Positions 26,086 to 40,000 of a stretch of 46,127 nucleotides of DNA are shown in pieces (positions within the stretch are counted from its first letter, which is position 1; each line of letters begins with the position of its first letter). Origin of the DNA: Conidiobolus incongruus B7586. Its lineage: Eukaryota. The stretch spans positions 1 through 46,127 of the forward strand of contig JNEM01013625.1 of NCBI GenBank assembly GCA_000697335.1, in the 5' to 3' direction. The notes under the pieces were generated by a model, which was given only the letters and a program-made list of their open reading frames with translations, did no database searches and was not told the origin of the DNA. The position numbers were made by a program, and so were the translations under genes.

Positions 26086-29000
26086 TTAATTCGAATTTTC
26101 AATTAACTGATTTTTAAAATCTTCTCGAATATATACTACATAGTATGGGTTAGCTGTTAAATCCGTAGTATCTTTAAAAATTTCTTCATTTGGAACCTAA
26201 TCAACTCATTAACAAAATAAAAGTGTAATAAGGAAAATGAAGTACCTCTGAAACAAATTCATCGTTATATTTCAACCATCTATTACTTTTCCAATCTTTG
26301 ATATATACCCAATAGTGGCCAAATGATGCCAAACCTATCAAATCATTAATAAAACATTCTTAAAGCTATGGTTAAAGTACTTACCACTGTGGATGAATAC
26401 AGCATGTAAATGATAAGGTAAATCTTTAGCTTGTCTGAAAATATTCTGCAATTGATTTTCTCCCATTTCTATCTGACATGAATTTTCTTCGATACTCATT
26501 TCTAAATTATTTAAATGATTTTTTAGAAGTTGTAGTGTTGTTTGAATTTGGGAAGCTTCAAGATTGGGCTCTAAATAATCGGCTAAGGGTGATTTGGAAT
26601 TGATGTCATAGTTCTTTAATTGAGTTTCATAATATTCGATGGTTTTCGTTAGAGAATCTTTGTAGGTGAAATTATATCGGGATCCTTGCAAGAATTTCAT
26701 TTTGTCTTTGCCTTCTCGAATTATATCTCTAATCCTCATAGCCTCCTGTCTAAAATGATTGGATCCAGAATTGGGGTCAATTTGGTCGACATATTTGGTA
26801 GTATACCAATCGAGATGTAAAGTGTCAATTAATTCGATGTAAGCTTGGGATTTGTAAGCTTGCATCAATTTCGGATCAAACTGAACTCTTTGAAGTTGAA
26901 TTTGCAAAAATGGAGGCGCACTTTCGATGGCAAGTTCACGATCCGCTTCGACATCGGTCATTTCAACTTTCGAAGTTGAGAAATATTCGTCCAAGCAATC
27001 GTATAACCCGCATGAACGATCCTGGATATTCAAAATTAAATTGGAAAACTCTTCTAACTTGGTGCTTTTGACTAGTTCACCAGTTTTGGGATTGGTGTAG
27101 CTAATAATTTGACGCGTTTTTCCATAGAAGAGCTCTTTAATGAGATTGGAGTCAGGTTGGTCAGGCTGAGAGAGGAACGAGCGTTCCATCAAGCGCATCA
27201 TGTGATCCATACATTCGGAGACGTCCTGTTGACTTCCCAAAGCAAGTGTCTCTTCAACAATCATACTCTCATCCATGGGGGATTTGCCACCGACATCCAT
27301 AGGTGATGGAATAGATGGTATCGGATCGGCACTTGGGAGAATTACTAAATCAGTTTTCTCATCATTATCATCAAGAATTTCGATAGGTTCTTTGGAGTTA
27401 TCTGTAACAGTGACAGGATGATTGACAGTTGGAGAATTAATGGGAGAAGGAGATACATCACCTGGCTCCTTAGGTGTTGACAACGGTTGAATTGATTGGG
27501 GAGCGTTATCAGCTTTCGTAGCTTGACGCATGGAATTTACTACAGCATCAATGTCTTGATGGATAGGCTGAACGTCCATATGTCCTAAAGCCATAAGAGC
27601 AAGCTGTTGACTTGGTGATACAGATGAATAGCCGTTATTGTCAGTTAAAATAATAAACAAAGCTTTGAGGTGGGTAGTGAATAAGTGTGCCTGTTGAATT
27701 TCTTCTTCAGTTACAGGTCGTTCGTCAATAATGAGAGGTGTTTTAGGGACAGTAGCATTATCTGGCGTAAAACTCATAACACGGTTGTATAAAGGGCGAA
27801 GCGAGTAATAATATTGTAATAGGGAATTTAAATAGCAGGTATTTCCAATATTATTCAACCCAGTAGGTAAATTAGACTCAGGTAATGCACCAGATTCAAT
27901 ATATCTATTTAACATTAATGTTCCTCGAACAAGAGCGATTGTTTTGAGACTTTGGCGATACTGAGATTCGTTCAAGGGGTCGCTATTAACCTAATTTGAA
28001 TGTCATATATTGGAACTGATAATATATGATTTATCAATGATCCTGATACCTTTTTATTGTACTTTCTAATTACTTCATGATCATCAATTTCATCGTCAGA
28101 GATATCAAGGTCACTGTATGCTCTCTGTCTTTCCCTTTTACCAATAATACCTATAAAATTGAGTTCAATGCATCTAGAATATTACAAAATCATATACCTT
28201 GGGATTGGATGAGCATCGCTTCTTCACCCAAAATTTCAGATGAACGAGATTGAGCGATATCTACTAAAGCATCCACGAGAATAGGCTGACATCTGGAATC
28301 ATTTTGAGTTAAATGCTTATAAAAAAGGAGCAAGACTTGATCTGATAAATCAGGAGTACAATGAAGGTGAGAATAAGGGGGTTGAATTTGGTCAGGGCTC
28401 AATGTGAGTTCAATACTACCAGTACACTTAGGATTTCTAGGTGGATAGTTACCAAATAAGGAGAAAACACGTTGGTTGGCACTTGTAAAGTACGAATCCT
28501 TAAGAATTTCATCTTTACCATGTAACAGAGCAACGCGATATAATTCCAAAATAAAGGCCAAATAATACTGCTTCGATCGCGATAGTTCTTGAATGGGAGG
28601 TGGATGAATCATTTTGTCAATAACTTGAAATCCTAATAATTCGAATAGTCTCTGCGTCGTCTGATTCCAACCAATTTTCCTGACTAAATTTTGATTTTCA
28701 GTATTAATTAACCTGGTTTGACCATCGAATAAATTCGATAGATACGTCGAAATCATCTTTAAAGCTATGATGTTGGCGTCTAGATCTTTATAATTTGAAC
28801 TAAATGCATCGATTTCATCCTGAGGAAATAGTTGCTGAGGTTGTAAATACATAATATTAAGGTCACAATTGGCGCATCTAATTTCGACACTTGTTTGAGA
28901 GGGTCCAAAATGATGATTTTCACAAATGAAAATATGAGTAGGATTATTTCCACATGGTTTAGCAGCCGACATCTGAACAAAAAATGTAAATTTAATTTTA

Positions 29001-29185
29001 CACGTGTAACAGAACACTTCTAAGGAATCTTCAGCAGAGTCAGAAATATGTCTCGTAGCGGGTTTAGATCTATCTAACATTAATAGCTTATGTTTGTGAT
29101 TTTTGGCATCGTTTGCTAAATTAAATAGATAATGAGTTAGATAGGGTAAACTTAGACCTAGTCTACTTTGATTTTCCAGGATCAT
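26086..29185 (-). CDS. UBP2: Ubiquitin carboxyl-terminal hydrolase, Ubp2 type, multi-exon
   Basis: [70 protein letters not shown]. The N-terminal part has a PUB-like segment (LFELLGF). Confidence 0.88.
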
Positions 29186-32100
29186 TATTTGAATTATTTG
29201 AAATTGAACCTGAATGTATTATATAGAAGGAATGATAGAAAATGATAAATGTAAAGGTATTGATAGTGATTATGTAATCAGTAAATTCAATTATTATTAA
29301 TAATATTAATCATATGAAATGATTCACGTAATTGGGTTTGAATTTAATTGAGTCTGGATGACGTTTGTGGGATTAATCATTTTTCATTAATGCCAGTCAT
29401 AACATTCCACAAAATTATAATTAGATTTAATTATATAAAAAATTTAAAAATATCTCTTTTGGATAGTTTTTATTTAAGATTATTAGAAAATGCATATTTT
29501 ATTGAATGAATTTTAAAATAATTTTATATCATATACTATAAGTATTATCATTTTGATTAAACTAACTCTTATATAATCAAATAATTTAATTTTGGACGGT
29601 AATCCTTTTGATTGTTCACAATATAATTTTAAACTAAAAATATATTTATCTATATCATATTTATATTAATTTACTTTAATAAAATATTAAGCTTTATTTA
29701 ATAAATATAAAAAAATCTAGTTTATTTAACTGTTTAAAATATTAAAAAAGAGATTATATTTATTAATTTGATGATACAATCTTGAATACAGGGATTATGT
29801 GAATTTGTGTCCAATTTCAAATCCAATCTGAAAATCAACCACTTATAAAATAATTTTAATATCTTCAAAAAAGATCATATTTACATTGTGTTATAGGTTT
29901 GGTTTTGTATATTATATATAATTATATGATTATTAAAAGGATAGTTCTATTTGTTTAATTAAATTATATTGAACAAATTGGATTTAGATAATAGCTCAAT
30001 TCAATGATCAAGTCAATATATTCCAAATTCATTTCTATTATTCATCAAATAATTATTGGTATATAATCTTGGAACAATAGTATTAAAACTAAATACAATT
30101 AAGTAATATAAACATATAACTATAGAGATTACATAATAAATTATAAATAATAATTTTCAAATAATGATAACTTTTATATTTAATGATCAATTCTTTTACC
30201 AATCATGAATCAATGGCTTTAATAAATACTAATTCAAATTAAGTTATTTAAATAGATAGAAAAGATGATAGAAATTTAAAACCATAGGTTAAAAATTCAA
30301 AATACTAATACAAGATATATTAATTTCAATTGAAACGTAGTTTTATTTTGAATATATTAAAGAGAAAAAATGACAAAGAATTAATTTATCTGATATATAT
30401 ATATATAACAGAATTATTAATTGTTTAATAATTTAATTTTAAAATTATATAATTATTGCTACATATAAATATTAACATAGAATCAAATTGAATCAAAATC
30501 ATTTATAGAAACATTATTAAAATTACCAGTATTTATTATTGCATTGATATATAGTTATTGTAATTATCATATAATTATATAAACTATTTTGATCTATTAA
30601 TAATAAAATTATATATCTATAAAGAATATAGACTTTGAAAAATATTAAATCAATTGATAGTATATTAGAATATTAAAATTTTGTACATAATTATAACAAC
30701 TGAATATCACTTTTAAGGCCATATTTGCCATTGTAATTATTCGAGTTTAAATATTATTAGAGAAAATGCTTATGCATATGAATTCTAATATAATTCTTTT
30801 TTGTGACGTGACGATATTTGGATTAATTTTAAAGTATTCAAAATTTATAAAATGTTCAGATAAAATACCAAAGTAAAGACTAGTTAGATTATTATTGATT
30901 GCTTTTACAGTTGCAAATAAGTAATAATTTTTCTATATGAATATATTTATTTAAATTGATGTAATAAAATCGTCAAAAAAATCAATTGAATTGCTTAAAA
31001 TTATGATTAAAATATTTAAGATTATTTATAAGACATTCTATGTATCAGTATACATAATTTAAGAAATTGGGATGAATAAATTAAGATTATATTATGTATA
31101 TATGAGTAATTTTAAATAGTGTATTCCTATTTATTGATAAAATTTTGAATTGAATTTAATCGAGAATATGAAAATTGAGAAAAAATCAATCATAAACTCA
31201 GTTAAAAAGTACCGGTTATATAAAAAATAAATACTATAGCTAAAAATATTAATATCAATATATATTGTTTATTAAAAATGAATTTTCAAAAAATTAAACC
31301 TCTATGATAATATGATCCAATTGAAAAAATTTAATACCTTTTTAGTATCACTAGTATATTAAGCATTATCTGATATGTTGAAAATTATTTTGAAAAGTTA
31401 CTTAATATAGTCAATGATTTGCTTCTAAAATTATTGCAACTAAAAATTAAAATTTAGTATCAAATACTGAATAGAATAGTATATGAATTGTATTATATAT
31501 TATATTCTAATATCTTTAAAATGCCAATTAAAAATGATTAAAAGATCAAACAAATATTAATTTTAATTTATGACAAAATTTACACTTTTTGAGTGCATTT
31601 TTGGACAAAATTATAAATTCTATGATATAATTAAAAATGGCACCAGGTATTTATGTTAAAATAAAGCATTTTAATATTAATTTAATTATTTAATTACGCT
31701 TTTCTAAAATATTTAATAGTTTACTTTGAATATGTAGATGGGCATAGAAATGCATAACATAAAGTGGGCACCTGAATTTTAATACCCAGAATATATGTTG
31801 ATAATGCTATATACTCTCTTCACACTTTCCTCTCTTTTTATAATTTGAAGCTCATAAATTTTATTTAGAATTGCTAAATAAACAATTTGCTTTCAAATAC
31901 ATAAATTTTATTTATGTCCCAAATTAAATTGAAATATGTTTAATTTAAAATACATCAAAGGAAATATAAAGGAATTTTATGATCATTAACAGATATAGTA
32001 ACAAAATGGATTGTATTACACATTTTGAATTTTTTGGTAAATTGATAAATATCATTCAGTATATTTAATACTATATTTATCCTAACATAGCCTAAAAACA

Positions 32101-33634
32101 ATTAATAATAAAACGAGCATTTGAAGATCAAATAATTCAGTTCTCAAAAATATCATATAGATTTTTATATATTTCTAAAATATTGCTTTTATTGTATCAT
32201 TTTATAATATCGGAAATATAAAGATCCATTGCTTTTTTGTTGAATTAATTAGCTTTAAGGATTATTTTAAAACCATGCAAAATTAATCTCCTAATATCAC
32301 AATTTTGAATTATGATTTTTCCGTTATTAGTAATACATACTATAATCCAATATTAAATATTTTTTTCAAATATCAAGTTTTCAAATAATTTAGTACAAAA
32401 ATTTATAGTTTAATGGATTGAATGAACGCCTATGTAACTCAACCAGTATCCAATCAAATCTGAAACAAAAGATTAAAAATGAATTTTAGATGAAAATATT
32501 AGGTATTTTAGTCTGACTTAAAAACTATACCTTTTTGATAAAGTCTTCAAAGTAAAAATAGATTTTGTCAAGTTTTAATCCGATACTAAGACTTAACTAA
32601 TAACCAAGGTTTGATTAATATTGATTGAACGACCCGAACGCTAATAAATTTTAAGTATAAATCAATCATATTGAAATTTAGGATCAATATTGGCAAGGGT
32701 TTAAAAATTTTCAATAGATCACTATTATTATCATTAATAGTGTTAATATTTTTAAAATAAAAAAGTGGCGATAAAACAACTAATCATATCTGTATGGTTT
32801 AGATAATATAAATATTTTACCGTATATTGTTTAATCTGTAAAATGGTTCAATATACATATTATAATTAGACAATTTTTGCCAACTTAAGAAAATCAACTC
32901 AATATTAATTTAAAAAAAACATTAATTAAAAATAATACCTAAAAAGTTTAATTTGGCTGAAAATAATATAAATATTATTGATAATTTTAAATCACTTATA
33001 ATAATTGAAAACATTGAAAAATAGTTTTTAATTAATTAAAAACCTTGTGATTTGACAATTTTAAACTGATATCGAATATAAGGTGATGATAAATGAGTTT
33101 TGAAAATAAATTTAATTGAATGATTGGCAAATTTTAAAGTCGAATATTTAAAAATAGCGTTATAAATGTTAAATTTGAAGTTTGCGTAGTTGATATGACT
33201 GAGAGAATTGATAAAAGTAAAATTACAAAAATATAATAAATTCGAATTTAATAGACAATTTAAAACAATCAGTATGCAGGTAAAGTGATTAATCTGCAAC
33301 TAAATATGTTTCATAATTGATTTTCGTCAATTTTACCAAATGTCCATCTCGAATTGTACGCAATTAATTTATTCTCCTTTTATATCGCTTAGAATGGGCT
33401 ATAATAGTGGGAAAATATTTGCGAGCACTAGGTAAATAAGGTCATATATTTTTCAGTATCGCAGCATCACTTGTTTTGAATATTTAAGGAATTCCGAAAT
33501 AATTGGTCCATTTCTGGTTTTTGGAGGATTTTGTGTCTAGAAATAAATGTGATTGAAATGTGATTTATCAGGTTTTTGAGTGATAAAAATACTAATAAAT
33601 GAAAGTTTGTGGGGATGGAGAGTGCGTATGCATA

Positions 33635-33810
33635 GCTGACTCAGCACATAAGAAATCCTCCCATGTTTTCCAATTAAAAGCAGCTGAACAGCCTAGTTGA
33701 TATTGCATGAATCCGAATTTAGGATGAGAATAACCCTTGCCAAGTCAATCTCCAATAATTTGATATCATCAGAGGGTTGAAATTTCCAATTAGCCAATGG
33801 GCCAATCAGA
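33635..33810 (+). promoter_or_regulatory. Putative promoter module: palindromic AP-1/Gcn4-like site and three tandem CCAAT boxes
   Basis: GCTGACTCAGC at 33635-33645 and CCAAT at 33786, 33794 and 33802, within a GC-richer island upstream of the gene starting at 34152. Confidence 0.45.
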
Positions 33811-34151
33811 GGTGAGAAGAGTGTTTTGAGATAGAAGGGGGATCCATCTGAAAGTTTGTCTCTGTGACAGGTCATTAGGGGTGGGTGCACAAGTTGAAAA
33901 ATGAGGAGACATTACCTTTACCTTTTTAGTGATTTTATTACGATCTATGGGAATTGAAATTTCATCTATCTTTAACTTGATACCTTGATTTAAATTCTTT
34001 ACCATTCATTTCTTTGTTTCTGTTTTCTTTGTGTGTGCGTGCTTGTGTGCTATTACACTTTAAGTTTTCTTTTTTAAGTTTCTTTTTGCTAAACTCCTCT
34101 CGATTAAAGGGCAGTGCCCAATAGTTTTTTATTTGTGTCTTTTTTTAAAGA

Positions 34152-35555
34152 ATGTTGGGCTTTTATAACGACTTGGTATTATTATATCTATTTATATTTT
34201 AATATTAAAGATCTAATTTATTTTTTTATTAGAAACAGAAGTCCAAATGGGTAAAAATCTCCCTGCTTTCTTCATTTGCTCAATTCATAATAATATCAAT
34301 ACTCGAGGGTATTATTTTGAATGGCACTTTGAACGATTTACAGCAGACCACTGAATTAAAAAATAGGATACAAGAATATGAAAAATTAGATCCAGAATTA
34401 TACACAAAGTTCATACAACTTTTCAAAAATCAGTATTCGCTACATGTTTATTTTGCACTTTTTATCTTTGCTCAATTATTCCAGTTTTATCTTTGTCTCG
34501 ATGCGGTTCGTATTTAACTGATTTAATTCAAAAAATTTTCAACTAATTTTATTTTTTAGACATTGAATCAAAATACTATGCAAATAATAGTATTAGCTTT
34601 CTTGAACTTTTTATTATGGTCATATGGTGGGATTCAATATTATCAAACAACGACGACTAGTTGGAAATTTACAAAATTCCTCCAAGCGTATGATCATTTA
34701 GATATTAAGATAGAATTTTCGCCAGTTGTTATTCCTATTACACTTACTATTATTGTTTTATTGGCTGTTTTTTCTATATCCTTCTCAATTGTCGCTCATA
34801 AACTCTATCAGGAGTACGGTTGGTCACTTTATAAGCGTATTGGGGCTGATGTACAAATGAAAAAGATGTACAAAATTTACCATGTATTTGTTATGACCTT
34901 AAAGTTGGATGTATTCTTCTTTTTAATGTTCAGTGTCCAACTACTTGTCCTTGTTATTTTGTTTGAAAGTCCCCAAGCAATTTTAATTCATGTGCTCACC
35001 TCCATTATTATTGGATCTCTATTATTGGCACTGTCATTTTGGTCTGTTAAAAACGAAAATAGAATGGGAATCCTTACATTTATCATTGGATGCATGGGTA
35101 CCCTCGGGTATTTTATCTATAAATTGGTACTTATGCATATTAATACATCATCATATAACCTTGAAAATCCAGATCCGTATGCTGGTTCAAGAATATTCTT
35201 GACATCTTTTGGTAATTATGCATATATATATATTTAACAAACTACTAACATCGTATTAACTTTTAGCTTTATTATGTATAATATTTAATATTGTAAGTAT
35301 ATTAAACATATTACAGTTAAGCTTGTTCACTAACTTTATGTTTCATAGTCAACAATGGTCATTGCTTTCCTATGCTATAAGAATTTTAATCGAGGATTAA
35401 AATATCATAGTAATTTACCATTATATAATTCAATTTTTTATATTTATTAATCTTAATTATTTATAGTTAACGATTCACCAAGACCCGATGATATCCTCTC
35501 GGTATCGCATCAACCTAAGAATAGTCGCCTACCTCAGAGATGGTCACTAGAGTAG
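34152..35555 (+). CDS. UPF0658-family multi-pass (Golgi) membrane protein, multi-exon
   Basis: NQNTMQII, KLYQEYGWSLYKRIGAD, LKLDVFFF, VKNEN, CYKNFNRGLK and multiple TM segments. Short first exon MLGFYNDL, stop TAG at 35553-35555. Confidence 0.8.
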
Positions 35556-36188
35556 ACTCTAGATATTTAATTCCATTCAATTCTTATTACCAGATCATAT
35601 TCCTCTCATTTTTAAATTAATTATTTTTTCTTCTCTCTCACTTCTCCGATTTCCCCTCCATATATATTTACTTCAAGTGAATATAACATCATATATCCTA
35701 TTTTTATAGTCATCATCTGGTTAATGATATTTTTATATAAACTTTCAAACAAAATTATTATATTTTTATATTTTTTATTTTATTTTCAATTCTAAATATA
35801 TCATCGTCTAATATTTCTTGATATTAATGATCAATCCGTCCTTGAACCAACTATTATCATATAGAATAGTATTGTTTATTTTTATTTATAATTTCCACTT
35901 AATTTCTTCACTCCTAGTGCTGTTAAATTTGACAAATTCAACCCCAGCACAATTTGGATCAGCATTAACTTAAAACCCCCACTAATAGAAATCTCCTGAA
36001 TTTACCAAATTATTCAAAGTTCACTATATTAATATATAAATAAATTATTTAGACACCATATTAGGTTAATTCAATAAACTTAATAGTATTAGTTAATTCT
36101 CGATTATGTCAAATATCAAAATAAAAATTTTATCAAATTTATTCATAAATTAAAATTTTAATAATATTTATTTTTTTTCTAAAATTTT

Positions 36189-37178
36189 TTACATAAAGTC
36201 AACGTCGTCATCGGAAATATCACCTTCAACGTCGTACTTATTAGTACTCATTAAATCACAATCAAACATTCTATCGTATGATCTCTCCTCCTTTTCCTTC
36301 AATCTCTGCTGCTTAATCTCTTTCTCTTTTTCCATCTAAATAAACGTTAAAAAATCAAATTTAAATGAATGAGGTAAAGTTTACTTGTTTTTGTCTCTCT
36401 TTCCTGAGTTTTTCATCAATTTTTCTCTTGTGGTCGATTTTCATCTGACTCAAATCGGGGTACTCTTCCTTTTTGGTCTTATTCAGTCGGTTGATAATAC
36501 TGTTATCGCGTGATTCCACATAAATTCTTTTAACCTAATACTCATTATTAATCTCTCTGTTCATAATCTTAGTATTATTGAGGGATTACCACTTGGGGAT
36601 TGTGGAAAGATACTTGACCAACTGGCATATCCCCAGTCTTTTTCAAATTGGACCAAGGGGTATAAATAATTGTAATATTATTCTTTTTATTACCTAAAAT
36701 AGAAGGATATATTTATTAGTTATTGATAGTATATTTATCGATGCTTATTTACCTTCAATACTGTTAGCTTTTGTCAATTGAGCGATATCCATTAATACTG
36801 CTGGATCAATATTCTCCCAGCTTTGACCGTGTTCCAATCTTAAATAAACGTGAGCACTTGACAACTTATCAACATGAAACTATATTATATTATTAATAAA
36901 TATAAATTTAATATAGCTCAAATTTATATTATATATACCCTAAAGAAAAAAATTTTTTTTGATAAATATTGATATAAAAATCAATAATAATAATAATAAT
37001 AATTACCAAACATCCTCTTCAACACCATATTTAATTAAATCTTCATTCTCGACTTTATCTTTACCCATGAATAAGGTAACAGGAGGATTTACAACTACGT
37101 TTTCGATTTAATATTAATATTAATATTAATATTATTTGGGAGTGTTAAATTACCATTGCTCTTAAAATAGTATACCAT
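36189..37178 (-). CDS. CCDC25: CCDC25/Jlp2 (DUF814/NFACT-R domain) protein, multi-exon including a 1-nt exon
   Basis: [53 protein letters not shown]...[32 protein letters not shown]...DDDVDFM*. Absent from the ORF track because the exons are short. Confidence 0.93.
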
Positions 37179-37582
37179 TTTTACTTTGATAGATCTATTA
37201 AATAATATTTGATGATAACGCTAATTGATTTAATTTATTTTAAATTAAAATAATTTAAAATTATGGTATTAAATTAAATTAAGATTTTTAACAATATTTT
37301 TTTTCTTAAATTATTTTTATTAATTAATTATTTTAAATAAAAAGTATAAATAAAAAAATATTAATAAATATTATTTAAAACTAAAATAAATTATATTGAA
37401 TTTAAATTATATAATTATTAATAATCTATTACTAATAATTGATAATATATAAAGTATTAAATTCTCAATTATTAATAATCATTTTAATCCCATTAAAATT
37501 CCTATTCAATTATTAAATATAAATACGTGTCATTTTTTGAAGTCCCCTTAATTAGGACATAATAATCGATTAGAAAAAGAGG

Positions 37583-39847
37583 ATGAATTTTACAAATTAT
37601 CACTACTATAATGAATTAAATGAGTTGAAAGATTATATTGGTAAAATTTTATCTATATATTAATATAATTTTGTATTCTTATAACTGTGAATTAGTTAAT
37701 ATTCCTAAATTTCGTCAAGGTACTGACCCTTTCGGAAGTTCCATTTCAGCTTCTTGGTTAATGGGTCAATCGGGTATTGGTAAAACTACATTTATCAAGT
37801 AGTCACTACTATTATCATATATTATGGCGTATATATTAAATTAATTAAAATAGAAATTTAATTCAAGAACTTTGTCTACCCAACCAAGTAATTAACTTAA
37901 GTGAATATTATAACAATTTTGAATTGGATGATTTCAACACTACATCATTTGATAAATTATGGCGACAATTAGTAGCTGAATTAGATCATTTTCACTTTAC
38001 TGAAGATCCTAAAACTATTTATTTATTGGTATTTGACAGATTTGATATATTTTGCAAAAGTATTTAATATTATATATTTTATCTTAATTGAGTTTTTAAT
38101 AATTTTTAATTAGATAAATATCAAGATACTGAAAACATTGAAAAATTTCAGAGCCATATATTAAGACATATTCACCATATATTATATAAGGTAAATCTTT
38201 TCCAATAATTCAATTTAAATTTTTAACCAATTTTTTAGTATCAATATATCTACCTAATCTTTCAAACCAGTACCAATCTTGAAAGTTTACCATCAGAATT
38301 TAAAAATTTATCTTATCACAAAATTGAATTGAATTCTCCTAATGTGTAATTATTTAGAATTAGTATTTAATTATTGATTATTAATATATGCTTAATTAAT
38401 TAGAGATCAAAGAAAAATAATCATTAGATCTATATTAAATGAATTAGGATTGACTATGAATTTAAATCATTTAAATCTATTATCACAAGTATATCACACA
38501 TCATTCCATTCATTTAATATACTAATTTAATTTAGAGAACCAATGGCTATATAGCAAGTGATCTTAAAAAAATTTTAAAAATCGCCATGTTATATCAATA
38601 TGGCAACATTAATCTGGTTGGTAACAATACTGAAATTGATCAAATGATTTCAAAGATGGAGAGTATGAATATAAATACTGATGCTAATTATAATAATAAT
38701 CAACCTAAAGTGTAATACATACTTTCAATTTTATTAGTAATAATATTAATTTTGAAATTAGTGAATTGAATGGAAACGCTTTAGAATTTGGCATTACTAA
38801 TGTAGTCCCATCACAACAAGTGGGCTTTGAGACCTACTTCCCTGACCAGTCATTCGATAATATCGGTGGCTATAACGATATCAAAACTTCATTGTATAGA
38901 ATTTATCAGTTGATCCGATCCTCATTTGAAGGATACCAGCCTATGGGCTTGGATCCTCCCACTGGGATTTTGTTCCATGGACCTTCAGGTATTTTGAATT
39001 TATATCAATTTTAATGATATGTATTCTAATAGTATTAGGATGTGGTAAAACTTCTATAGCTTTAGCATTTGCCAAACATTGTAATATGAATGTGATTCGA
39101 GTAAAAGGGTAATAATTTAACATATACTTCATATTCCAATACTTAATGAATGTTAGTCCTCAATTATTTTCCAAATACTTTGGTGAAACCGAATCCATAT
39201 TTCGAAACTTATTCAAAACAGCTCGCAATATGTCCCCATGCATTATCTTTTTCGACGAGTTGGATTCTATCGCTCACAAAAGAGGTTTAATTTAATTATT
39301 GCCATAACAAATCAATATTTAATTCATAATTATTAGGATTTTCAGGCGATAATGTCACTAGTAATATTAAGAATAATATATTGACTACTTTATTAAATGA
39401 AATGGACGGTGTCGAAAAGGGCAATTATATTCTAGTATTAGCGTGTACCAACAAACTGGATTTCATTGATGATGCTTTATTAAGACCTGGTAACATTTAT
39501 CACCATTTTATTTTAGGTCATATATTTTAATAAAATAATATCATTTAGGTCGTTTCGATGTCACTTTTGGCATTGGCTTGCCCTCCTACGACGATCGATT
39601 GGACATCATTGCCAAACTGAATCCCAATCTAAATTCATCAGAAATTCAATATTTAGCACAACAAACTCAAGGATTTTCGCCTGCTAAGATTAAGAAATTA
39701 ATAAGGTAAATATTCTACATTGGTTTTGACATTTTGTTAATTGGTTTTAGTGAGGCTGGTATGTTTGGCTTAAGACACAATTCTGAATTAGACCAAATTA
39801 GATTGGAACATATTCAAAGTGTGCTGGACAATTATCGGTTTTATTAA
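37583..39847 (+). CDS. CDC48/AFG2-family double-ring AAA+ ATPase, many introns
   Basis: D1 Walker A GQSGIGKT. D2: IGGY..IK, GILFHGPSGCGKT, SKYFGETE, PCIIFFDELDS, LLNEMDG, ACTNK..IDDALLRPGRFD. Start codon is inferred. Confidence 0.8.
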
Positions 39848-39934
39848 TTTAAATAAATGATTTATTTAAACATTTTAAGATGAATCAAGTTATTTTCCAA
39901 AGTTTATAATTAATGAGTTGATATCATAATTAAT

Positions 39935-39938
<4 letters not shown>

Positions 39939-39998
<60 letters not shown>
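39939..39998 (+). repeat. (TTA)20 microsatellite
   Basis: Direct reading. Confidence 0.92.
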
Positions 39999-40000
<2 letters not shown>

